A stretch of 64,000 bases of DNA from Podarcis filfolensis (taxonomy: Eukaryota). The notes beneath the pieces were generated by a model, which saw only the letters and a program-made list of their open reading frames with translations, was not told the DNA's origin and made no database searches. The position numbers and the translations under genes are program-made. Positions within the stretch are counted from its first letter, which is position 1. Each line of letters begins with the position of its first letter. The DNA is taken from NCBI GenBank assembly GCA_964270895.1, contig OZ185436.1. One strand, 5' to 3'. Shown here piece after piece: positions 38,280 through 49,639 of this stretch.

Positions 38280-38631
38280 CAGTGGTTCTCAAACTTTTTC
38301 TCTGTACCAGAGAAAATTTGCTCGTGCTTAATTTATAACACAGAATACAACTATTTTATAATATGATCGTGGGACATCCAGAAAGTGTAAAACAATGCAG
38401 CTACATAAGAACTTGAATAACTCCCAAAATATAATTATAAATGACAACTAGGATTGTCCTCAATATTCTTGATGCTCTTGTTCTCATTTTGAAAAAATAT
38501 TTATCCATATTCTGAAAATAAAAACATATTATGATCCTATACTACACTGAAATGTTTAAATATTTCTTTGATTATCCTTGAATCTTCCCACTATACTTGA
38601 TGTCAAATGCCACACCATTTGAGAATCACTG
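38280..38631. mobile_element. hAT MITE, 352 bp
   Basis: TIRs cagtggttctcaaa / tttgagaatcactg; perfect 8-bp TSD tattaaag. Confidence 0.88.
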
Positions 38632-38707
38632 TATTAAAGGTTTTTTAAAAATAAAACAATTCAAATCCAATAATCACAGTGTGATTTAAATAGTAATAAT
38701 AATAATA

Positions 38708-38708
<1 letters not shown>

Positions 38709-38758
<50 letters not shown>

Positions 38759-39466
38759 TATACCCCGCCCATCTGGTTGGCTTCCAACAGAACACTACAA
38801 TACAATAACATATTAAACATTAAAAGCTTCCCTAAAGAGGGCTGCCTTCGGATGTCTTCTAAAAGTCTGGTAGTTGTTTTTCTATTTGACATCTGGTGGG
38901 AGGGCGTTCCACAGGGCGGGCGCCACTACCAAGAAGGCCCTCTGCCTGGTTCCCTGTAACTTCTGGGAACCACCAGAAGGCCCTTGGCACTGGACCTCAG
39001 TGTCCGGGCAGAACAACAGGGGTGGAGACGCTCCTTCAGGTATACTGGACCGAGGCCATTTAGGGCTTTAAAGGTCAGCACCAACACTTTGAATTGTGCT
39101 CGGAAATGTACTGGGAACCAGTGTAGGTCTTTCAAGACCGGTGTTATATGGTCTCGGCGGCCGCTCCCAGTCACCAGTCTAGCTGCTGCATTCTGGATTA
39201 GTTGTAGTTTCCAGGTTACCTTCAAAGGTAGCCCCACATAGAGCGCATTGCAGTAGTCCAAGCAAGAGATAACTAGAGCATGCACCACTCTGGTGAGACA
39301 GTCTGCGGGCAGGTAGGGTCTCAGCCTGCGTACCAGATGGAGCTGATAAACAGCTGCCCTGGACACAGAATTGACCTGCATCTCCATGGACAGCTGTGAG
39401 TCCAGAATGACTCCCAGGCTGTGCACCTGGTCCTTCAGGGGCACAGTTACCCCATTCAGGACCAGG
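38709..39466 (-). mobile_element. 5'-truncated L2-clade LINE (C-terminal ORF2 plus (AAT)n tail)
   Basis: ORF 38926..39444 reads LGVILDSQL...LDYCNALYVGLP...QNAAARL...ITPVLKDLHW, typical of L2 ORF2; microsatellite tail at 38709-38757. Confidence 0.92.
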
Positions 39467-39784
39467 GATATACAAATGCAAAATATATTTTCCTGTTACA
39501 ATACAGTGATCACTAAGCAACACAATGAACAGATAATTTCATATCCATGTAACTCCACATTGTCATATGGTGCAGTGGATTAAGGTGAGTTATTCATGTA
39601 ACTTATAAAATAGGGCCAGACCTTATCAAACCTGTCATGTTTCACAGTGCTGATACCTAGATCTCCTTTCCACATCTCCCAAAGACCTCTTGCATTACCC
39701 ATTGATTCGTCAATAAGCAGTTTGTAATTTACAAAGGCAGACCCTCTCAGTTGCTTGCTTGACAGACTGGAGGATCCTCTAGAG

Positions 39785-40137
39785 CAGGGGTGTCCAACAG
39801 GTCAATTGAGATCAACTGTTTGATGCCTGGAAGGTTCCAGTTGATCGCGGTCTCCTTTTCCTTTGCATTGTCATCAGAGCATCCAGCCCCACCCCCCTCG
39901 GCCTGTCCTCCATTTTCGCATGATAGCTGTAACGGAAGATGGACTTTTCGCTGTGAGAGAGATTGTTTTCTTAGCGATCTTTTGGTGAGTGAGTTTTCCC
40001 CTTTCCACAATTTTGACATTTTTGTCCCTGAACGAAGCTCAACAACTTTGACCTGAACACCCCAAAAATGGGGTAGATCACTGCCAGTTTTTTATTCTGT
40101 GAGTGGATCGCAGTCTCTTGGGAGTTGGGCGCCCCTG
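39785..40137. mobile_element. hAT-Charlie MITE, 353 bp
   Basis: TIRs caggggtgtccaac / gttgggcgcccctg; perfect TSD ctctagag. Confidence 0.9.
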
Positions 40138-42999
40138 CTCTAGAGCAATCATGAGGGGGGGGGGGGAGAATACAGAGGGAGGTTTTCCTCCCTTTCCCTC
40201 TGATGAAAGTCTTACTGTCAGCAGAGTGCCACTAAATTTGCTGCACCATGGTTTCTGGTCAAAGCTCATTTCAGAAATTTGGTATTAGTTTAGTATTTAT
40301 TAGGATATTATTTAAACACTTTAATAGTGGCAGTTCATGTCCTTAGCATTTCCAAACATTACTAAACAGCTGCTGATTATGCATATAGTTCATTTTTAGT
40401 TGCATGTTCAAACTATGATCATCTGATTCTTTAAACAGAAGAGATAAATACTGTTGATTATTTATACAGTATCAGTGAATATAGTGCCTCGCAGACAAAC
40501 AATAATAAAAGGGCAGGGTACATTCTATAGGAAATATTATGAGAACCAGGGTGCTTCAGAAAATAAAATGTTAGAACTGGACTAGGGAGGCCTGTGTCTA
40601 TTCACTGACCTCTTTCATGGGCTTGCCACTTGCTACTGGGAAGTCCCATATTTTAAAATGACAATGACTGCAATCTACCTTAGAATAACTGAACAGGGAG
40701 AACACAGCAAGACACAAGCACTGGCAGGGATCTCCTGTCAGGAAGTATATAGACCCTTCATCCAAGTTTTAGCCTAACCAAGACAACTCCCTGTCTCCCA
40801 AAAAATGCATTTGACAAAGATCTAAGGACAGGTTTTAGTTCACCATACCATCAGTTTAGAACTGAAGATGAGGATAAAATCACTAAATGGATTCCCTGCT
40901 GCATACCAGTTAAACTACAATTTAACAGGTCATTTTCCCTAGAAAGCATATATACTTTGCAAATTAAGAATCACACACATATACGTAAGGAGAGGAGAAA
41001 TAGTTTTCTAATTCAAAATTACTCAGAAAACTTACATCAACTGGTGCTGGCTACCTGACCTGGCTATCAATATACTGATGAAAACTGTCAACTCCTGGTG
41101 AAGCAGTGTCATCTCTCTATTCGTCTGAGGTCAGTGATAGAGAAGATGAGGGTGAATAAACTTAAGTTCCATTCAGGTAAAAAAATAAACCTATATATGG
41201 CATGTGAGTTCCATGACATCTTTAAGGAGGGGGGCAATTTGGACTTGCAACCCTTTGCCCCTGTGCTGAAGGCCAAATTTAAATTTGCTCCAACCTAGAG
41301 GCTATTATGTGCAGAGAGGAAAACATATGGGCTTAAGAGCTTAAACCAGAAATCAGCCCCCACTTGTGGCTACAGCAGCTTTGAGACAAGATTTAAGTCA
41401 GGAGGAAATCATAACTTTATTGACAATAAACAATGTAATCTCATAAGTATTGGTGGAGTCTTTGTTAAACTTCTGTTCTGGTACATCCCATAGTAATAGT
41501 CAAGTGCATACAAAGTAAGATAAGAGGTTCTTTAGCCTTAATTTTGTGATATATAGAAAATTTAGTCCAAACAAATTGTGGGGCTTAGGTTATGAACTCA
41601 CCGTCACTTAAAGCAAAGTATTTAGATTTAAACTAGCTTAATCCTATTATCGTCAATAGGATTCAACAGATTTAAATCCAAATGTCCCCATTAAATTATC
41701 AGCCTGATAAACAACAGTCATTTGCTGAAGGTAACAGGCACAGTAATAAACAAAGGAAAGAAGTGTGATACTTGTCTGAGCAGTATTTTCCTTGGAACAC
41801 TACTCTTTGCTAAATGACTTTCGTTCCTCTCACTCTCAACACCATACCTTTCAAATCACAGCGCAAGGATACTGTCCTGATTCCTTAAGGCAATATAGTA
41901 AATTGTAAAATGTTTCTTTTTCACATTTCTCAGAGTCAAGCTCTTTCAACAGATGATAAGGAACTAAGTCTGAGTCATTAACATCTCATTTCTGCCTAGA
42001 AAGAGATCAACACAATTGAAAGCTTCTTCTATCAACACTGTTGGCCCAGAGCTGTATCATCCAAGGCTTTCTGGATCCCATCCAAACTATAGCTACCATT
42101 CCATACTTATACACAAGCAGTTCAAATACATTTTTGCACAAGTAATTATGATTGTTCTTACTCAGGTGTACATACAGTACTGAGATCAACACAACACATG
42201 AGCTGTGCCAGCAGGAGTTCCAGTGATAGTAGACCTTTGCGGAAGGACTGCTCTGTTCACAATTACCCAATTCACATGTTATATTTGTTAATACTCATTG
42301 TTAAGGACAGTTGGGATGTCCCACAAATACAGAACTAATATTATGTAAACCTGCCCTCAGTATTACAGTTAAAGAGATAATAGATATACAGTTAATATGT
42401 ATCTTATCCGTGTTACATTGGATAAGACATTTCAAATTCAGATTCTGTGTGGAGTAACAGAGATCAAGACAGTCCTTCCTTCAAATGGTGAGACTACTGC
42501 AGCTTTGGGTATAGTAACAAAAGAGATGGTGAAATCCCCATATCACTTTTAGAGGAACTTCTGCTGACATAGACAGATAGGATCTGCCAGAAAACTCACT
42601 CAAAAAGCAATCTACAGAGCTACAATCGCTTTGCCTGATCTGTCCTAAGAGCTACTCAGTATTTCAACAACATAACAAACATAACAACTGCTGACTGATC
42701 ACTGGAGTGAGTGGGATTAAAACCCAACTATTGCAATAGAGGAGGTGGTGTGGTTTAGTTAGCAAAACCATCCAAGAACAAGCTCAGATGCACATTTATC
42801 TCAAGCTACGGGCACTTCTGGGAAAGAAAGGCAGTGCCATCCCATCTCTGCTTCCATCCTTCGAACACACAATGTATCATCAGAAGCCCTCACGTGTGTG
42901 CATTTATGTGATACGGCATATATATGGGGGGGGGGGGAGAAATAGAAGCGCTAGTAACCAGGTGTGCTTATCCCTATGCTAGCAGTTATTCTGGGGATA

Positions 43000-44450
43000 C
43001 CTCGCTTAAGGATGAAGTACGGAGAGCAGTAAGCGACAGATTAGGAAAGGGATCCAAGGGAGAGGAGCTCCCCTGAATTTCGAAGGAGGGAGGACGGGGA
43101 GAATCCGGGGCTTGGGAGAAGCGAAGAAAGGAAGCCCATTCCAAAGTAGAGAGGGAGGAGCGGAAGCAGAAAATGCCTACCCATCCACCACCACCACCCC
43201 TCCCGGAAGAAGAGGGAAAGAGCGGGGGAGATACATCCTGAGGCGACTTTCGACGCTTTCTATCGGGGGGGGGGTGTCTGGGACGGGGGTGTAATAAGAG
43301 CCTCGGCAGCGAGGAGGGAGGGGCCGTCTCACCCATCCCCAGGGAGGGCTCCTTCTTCCCGCTACCTGAGGGGGGGGAGAAGCGGGGCCTACCTTACCTT
43401 GCCTCGCCCCAGCCCAAGTGCCACCGACAGCGGCGCCAGCTCAGCCCCGAGCCGCCCGGCCACTCACCTCCGCTGGCTCCGTCGCTACACCCCGACCATT
43501 TCCCGGTTGCCGCCACCGCCGGGCGGGCGTGAGGAGAGCCAGGAAGGCCCCAGAAGAAGCAGCAGCCGCCGCCGCCGCCGCCGCCACAGGCGAGAGGAGG
43601 GGCAGGCCGAGGGAGATCACCGCGGAGAGAAAGGCGCGGAGGCGGAGTTCCATCTCCGGCTCCCCCGCCGCTCCATGTCTGGGGGCCGCCGAGCCGGGGC
43701 TGCGCTGAAACGCGAGAGGGCGGCGGTGTCAGGGCCTCCCCGACGACGCCAGTCTCTGCCGCCGCCGCCGCCTCCCTCCTTCTCTTTCCCTCTCTGGAGT
43801 CGGATTACCCAGCAGCCCCCGCGGCAAGCACAGCCCCGCCGCCCCAAAGCCCAGCAGCTGAGAGGAGGGGCCTAAGGCCTCACCACGTGACCCCCCGGCG
43901 GAAAGCAGCCAACGCCGCCGGGAGAAGGCGAGCACCGCCCTCGCCCAGAAAGGAAGCGCAGGAGGATTCGGGCGCGTCACATGACCAGGGATCGCTTCAT
44001 TTTCTTTTTTTCTTTTTTTGAAGTCGATGATTACAAAAAACCGTTGCTCTCCCGCGCCCTCTACAGGGGAAAGTCGGAGCAGCAACGTGGGCGCCTGTGC
44101 TGTGGTCGATCCGGGCGGATGCGGCGAAGTAGCGTCTGGGTTTGCATAGGAGTCTGGGAGTCCCCCTCGGAGCATCCGAGGGATGGAGTCCTGCAAAGCT
44201 CAAGGGGCGAGTTAAGGGGGTTAAACGCATGCCTAGCCGCCATTGAGGAATGGATTCAAATCGGGTATGGTGCGCAATTCTTCCACGCAAATGCCCAAGG
44301 AGGTCACTGCTTTCTGCGGGAGGGCTTCTCCTTCAGATTCCCTGCAATATCGGTAGCCTCCTCCTCGTTCTCCGCAGTCATTTGCCTGCCCCTGTTTTGA
44401 GAAACGGCATTCCTGTTGAGATCCGACCGACAGGCGCCCACTAACTTAAA
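43000..44450. promoter_or_regulatory. CpG island / AFF4 promoter
   Basis: dense CpG and high GC against a CpG-depleted background; CACGTGAC at 43884, GTCACATGAC at 43976, YY1-like GCCGCCATT near 44237. Confidence 0.9.
43398..43800 (-). other. AFF4: AFF4 non-coding exon 1 / 5' leader (5' end approximate)
   Basis: strong donor CAAG|gtaagg at 43398/43397 inside the CpG island; GC-rich leader with (GCC)7 and (GCC)5. Confidence 0.75.
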
Positions 44451-45446
44451 TTGTGGTTTTTTTAAGTGATTTTATCCACCCAGGTAACACATATTATTAG
44501 CCAAGAAAGCTATCTAAAGCCTTCATATGTTAACAAGTATTGTACCCTTACTAAGTTTACGAATAATATAATTGCAGGTTCTGACGGGGGGAAACACTCC
44601 TCGCTGCTGCTGACAATTCCTTCCAAAGAGAGAGCCCCTCGACAACATTTTATAGGTGCAACGGGCTCAAATCTCAAGAAAGAGAAAGTTGGTAACAATA
44701 TCCAGCTTAAAGAACAGAAGTAAACATGGGTTTATCTCTTCGTTTCTGGGTGCTCTAAAACCATTTATGAAGAGAGGACACTTTGCATGCAGTGCACTGA
44801 CAGGATGGACAGGAATAACAAGATCCTCCTTCTGTTCATAGACCTAAAAGGACAGTTGCCTCACCCTGCTGCCTATTATCAGACTCAAATGCCTCAAAAA
44901 AGAGAGGTAGTGTGTGGTCATACAGCAATGGAATTTCACATTAAGGGTCCACTAACACACTAGAATAAATCCAGAGGTGGTGACTAGAAATCTATAATAA
45001 ACCAGAATAATTTGATATCATTCAGTAAATGCAAACAGGCAGATGAGAGCAAAACAACACAGATAATTTATTGTTCTGTACTACACACACACACAAACTT
45101 AGTTTAGGGACAGCTTTTTACAATATCTGTTTCCTTGTGATAGCCTTATGGAGAAGATGTTGTTTCCACAATATCTGCCTGAAAATACACATTGGGGTGG
45201 ACTGGACACCTAGCACTAGCTTGTAAAGCAGAATTGGTTTTCTCAAAAGAAACAGCATACTGTACTTCTTCGAACTCTGCCAATGTCCTCTTTGTCAGCC
45301 AACTGCAGAATTCTGTTTCTCTTTTGCCAGCTACTTTCAAGAATGTAAGCCTATTTCCTTCAGCATTACCACCCCTCCCCGCCCCAGTAGGCGAGATATA
45401 TCTAATATAGCAAGTATACTTGGCAATCAATAAAGTGTCTCTATGT

Positions 45447-45789
45447 GGACGCGGGTGGGTTAAACCACAGAGCCTAGGACTTGCTGATCAGAAAGTCGGT
45501 GGTTCGAATCCCTGCAACAGGGTGAGCTCCCGTTGCTCGGTCCCTGCTCCTGCCAACCTAGCAGTTCGAAAGCATGTCAAAGTGCAAATAGATAAATAGG
45601 TACCGCTCTGACGGGAAGGTAAACAGTGTTTCCGTGCACTGCTCTGGTTCGCCAGAAGCGGCTTAGTCATGCTGGCCACATGACCCAGAAGCTGTACGCC
45701 GGCTCCCTCGGCCAATAAAGTGAGATGAGTGCCGCAACCCCAGAGTCGGTCACGACTGGACCTAATGGTCAGGGGTCCCTTTACCTTTA
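45447..45789 (+). mobile_element. Near full-length Sauria SINE (lacertid type)
   Basis: tRNA-like head with B-box ggttcgaatcc, conserved body, cctttaccttta tail; possible TSD tatgt; short deletion in the A-box region. Confidence 0.93.
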
Positions 45790-47964
45790 TGTAAACAACA
45801 GAGGATGGTATTCTACATTTTCCCACTATGAATGTCCATAAGAAATAAAACTCTCTTCAACAGAGACTGCTGCTTCTATATTTTATCACAATTCCAATGA
45901 CTGAATATGTTTGTCAGAAGGGCTTCATCAATTAATGTTCTAAAAGCAGGAAGTGATTTTTTTACTCCCTACCACATGGTTCCCATTTAATGCCCACATT
46001 TCTCTGAAACTCTAGCTACTGGAAATATAGCGACCACAAACAGTTGGTAGACATAGGAAAATATCTGCACACACAAAATTGCTTTTGTTGTGGTATATAG
46101 AAAACAAATTACACCAGTTGTTATATTTATTTCAGATGAGGGGAATCAACCAAATATGTACATAATTCAAGAAGTAAAAGAATCTTTTCATGCAGCAGAA
46201 CATGTTTTATAACAATAGAGATGCTAAATACAAGGAGAAGACAATGTCACTTTGATTCACAGCGTTGAATCCACCCCCCTTTCTCTAAAGAGCCTGGTAT
46301 TCAAATGACCCCCTGCTGTTAGTGATAGCAAGACAGAGCTTGATAGAGACCCCAAAGGGGTTAACAGGACTCCACATTCTGTCAACATCTGTGCATACCA
46401 TGCACTGGTCTCAACTGCCCTAGGTTAGATTAGGATATTAATTGCCCTTGACAGAGACAACAACACCAGCTTATGGATTGCTTTCATTTCCCCCCTTTGA
46501 TGTTCTTTGTCCTCTCCTGTAATTAATTATTGAAACCAGTTCAAATTCTTTGTATGATATATAACTCATTCCCAGGCTGAAAAACAACAATAGAAGGTTC
46601 AAAAACAAGGTCCAGTTCAAGTAATTTTAAACCACTCTGTAATGACTTTAACAAATCAAGAGGCATGTTTGAAAGGGTTCTGAATACATATTCTAAGAAT
46701 AAAAACATGCAAACCATGCCACAGAAGACTTCACGAGAAGGAAAGCCTCTGCGGTACGTTCCAGTGTACATTCTTCAAAGTGTCTGTGAAGCTGTATGAT
46801 GCTCAGTGTTGAACACTAAAATAAATTCCTCCAAGTCTCCAAATGGCTATCAATAACCCATAAAATCAGTGCAATAAGATCTATTCATCAAATAAAGTCT
46901 ATTCATTTTCTCAGTGGAATGAGTAAGGTTGAATAAATTAAGGTTCAGTTAACAACATCTCTTTAACATGGTCAACTTAAGTACACAGGACTTCATTCAC
47001 AGATAATTAAAACATCATAAAGGAGTGTCCTTAAATATTGCCCCAAATCTATCGTTGTAGATTTTTTGGCACTTTGTCGTTCCAAAATATTACATACTTC
47101 ACTTTTCAATAAAGCTCTTTAGCAGCCTACGTGCCTTTACTCACAAAGTTTGTCAATTTTTCCATGCAAACCATGTCCCTTGTCTCTTAACAACCAATCC
47201 ATAACGGGGAAGATTCAGCATTTTCCGGTTATAATTATAGATGGTTTTGCTGCTGTTGAAAAGAAAGATAACCAATTCCATGTCCTTGAACAAATTTATC
47301 TTAGGTTTTAGATAAATTTCTCAAATTAAATCTGTTTCTAAAAAATTCACTTTTTTTGACATTTGAAAGATACCTGCTCCAGAGTTTCTATGTCTTCAGC
47401 AAACATTGTTGAAACCCATATGAGATAATCTATCTGGTAAGGAATATATATTTAAGGTAACATGAATTGCTGGAAGTCTCTTTCACACATAAGCAGGAAA
47501 GGCCACATCTACATTACCATTGCAATGATGTATGTTTATCTGTTTAGGCAGGAAAATCAGATTTGTGAGAATCTCTCCCATTTGCAGCCCAGGCATCCTT
47601 GCGCATTACCTTGAGGAAAAGGGTTAGTTAAAACACTTTCATGCTTCACATTTAACTGTGTGGTTGATGCCTAATCTTCACTGGGATAATTTACAACAGG
47701 TTTGATTACACTGACAAAGTTGACATGAAACCTGAATAAGCCACTTAAAACTGACCTATACATTTGGGAAAAGCATATAGTACCATCATCTCCAGGCAGT
47801 AGCAGTTCAAAATGAAGCATGACTGAATGGTTTGTCATGTAGAAATCCTTGTCCACCAGAAAATACTAGACTAGGCTCTTTTTCCACGACATAGTTTTCG
47901 ATAAACAGCAAACTACTAGAAGACCAGCAATATACCACCCCAAAATGTAATCTGGCGTGGTAGA

Positions 47965-48283
47965 GAAGGGGTGGTGCACCTTTTGACTGGGGCCAGAAGC
48001 AAAAGTGGGTGAATCAATGGATGTACCTTTTGCCTTCGTACAGTAGGCTAGTTTCTAAACACACACACACACACACACACACTCCTCTGTCCTCCATTCA
48101 GGCAAGCAAGAGGCATCACCAGAGTTCAAGGACATATTCCAGTCAGGCAAAAGCACACTCCAGGAGGGGACAAAGTAGGGCTAGTGAAAGCTGTGGCCTA
48201 TGGCAAGTTCCAAGGGCCAAAAGCAAAGCCTGGAGAGCCACATTTGGCCCTGAAACACAGGTTCCCCTCCCCTATGATACATT
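47965..48283. mobile_element. hAT-like MITE containing (AC)12 at 48059-48082
   Basis: ends aggggtggtgcacc / caggttcccctcccct; same family as 31821-32193. Confidence 0.6.
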
Positions 48284-49328
48284 ATCAGAAAGACTCTGTC
48301 TTGTGCTTTTTTAAAGAAAACATGTAGATTGGCCCCTAATCTAAGATGGTAACATGCTCAATAAATACCTTAATGAGCTAACTAGTTTGCATGCAGTGGT
48401 AAACAACAGTTAGAAGCAAACGATGGCTTACTGGGAATGAAGGTATGGTGCATGGTGCTTGGTGCTTGGTTTCACTTAACCTGTCTTGCCTGCTTCCAGG
48501 AGAAGGACCGTGAACTTGGCTTAGCATTACATGCAAAGCACCACTCACAGCTTGGTTCTCTCCAAACCATGAGCAGAAGTCATGTTTGTTTGGAGTGCTA
48601 CAAACCACAAGTGCTAGTCTACATGTAACACTAAACCAATTGCCATGGTTTTCTTCGAGAGGAAGCAGGGCAGAACGAGTGCGATTAAGCAGCATGAACC
48701 ACACCCTGCTCATTCACAACAAGCCGTAATTAGTTTCTGACTATGGTTTGCCATCAGGCACCAACAAGGCCATTAACGACTCTTACCCATTTCAATCTCA
48801 TCCATACATTCTCATCAATGTTTTCTTAAGGTTTACATTTCATTTCAGTTTTGATAGCTATTCTTTTTTTCTCCTACCAGATCTTTGTTGTTCTTCATTC
48901 CACATTAGAGAATTTTCTTAGCAAGGTCTCATGCTTATGAAACAAGAGACAAGAGCCTTGGCTGGAGCAGACGAAAACGCAATTAGCCTGGAATTCTGTA
49001 CCCACCGTGGACCCACCAGACATCTCTGTGAAGTCCACAAACATGTAATGAAGCAAAAGCCCTAATGCTGCTGTATTGCAGCTACTCAATTGCCTTTGAA
49101 CTAATATTAAGTAGCATATTGCATATAAACCATTAGAGCAAGCAGCCATAGAATAACTGTAATGAATCTCCTCGATATAATCTCCATACCACTCTTGCTC
49201 CTCTCATTCTCTTCTGTAAGTGATTAGCCAACAGTAGGTCCCCACCATCTCTTAAGATATTATCTTCATTATTGTCCATGGCTTCAGGTCCTTAAGACTA
49301 GAATCAGCTAAGGAAACCAACTGCAATA

Positions 49329-49570
49329 CAGTGGTACCTTGGTTGTCAAACGGCTTGGCTCCCAAACAAATCGGCTCCCGAATGCCGCAAACCTGGAAGT
49401 GAGTGTTCTGGTTTGTGAATGTTTTTTAGAAGCCGAATGTCCGACGCAGCTTCTGCGGCTTCCTATTGAGTGCAGCAAGCCAATCGGAAGCCGCGCCATG
49501 GTTTTCAAATGGTTCCAGGAGTTGAACGAACTCCCAGAACGGATTCAGTTTGACAACCAAGTTACCACTG
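49329..49570. mobile_element. Tigger/pogo-type MITE
   Basis: 23-bp TIRs cagtggtaccttggttgtcaaac / gtttgacaaccaagttaccactg; TA TSD. Confidence 0.9.
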
Positions 49571-49615
49571 TATTGGCACTGAATCTGCATTCTGTTAAAA
49601 TAAACAATAAAGCCA

Positions 49616-49639
49616 TTTATTTGCATTTAATAATTTATT
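49616..49639 (-). terminator. Candidate ZCCHC10 polyadenylation signals (two AATAAA)
   Basis: tttatt on + at 49616-49621 and 49634-49639, about 1.9 kb after the stop codon. Confidence 0.45.

Noticed and set aside
38926-39444. 172-aa ORF as a host gene
   Set aside because: It is the C-terminal part of L2 ORF2 in a 5'-truncated LINE
43399-44400. Several 100-160 aa ORFs in the CpG island (43399..43875, 43729..44196, 43981..44400)
   Set aside because: Stop codons are rare in GC-rich DNA; Arg/Pro/Gly-rich products have no recognisable homology
45447-45520. tRNA gene
   Set aside because: A/B-box-like sequence is the head of a Sauria SINE; the other tRNA-like heads are also SINEs
47770-47860. PGDDG as a viral RdRp GDD motif
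   Set aside because: No properly spaced motif A or B upstream; a three-residue match is not evidence
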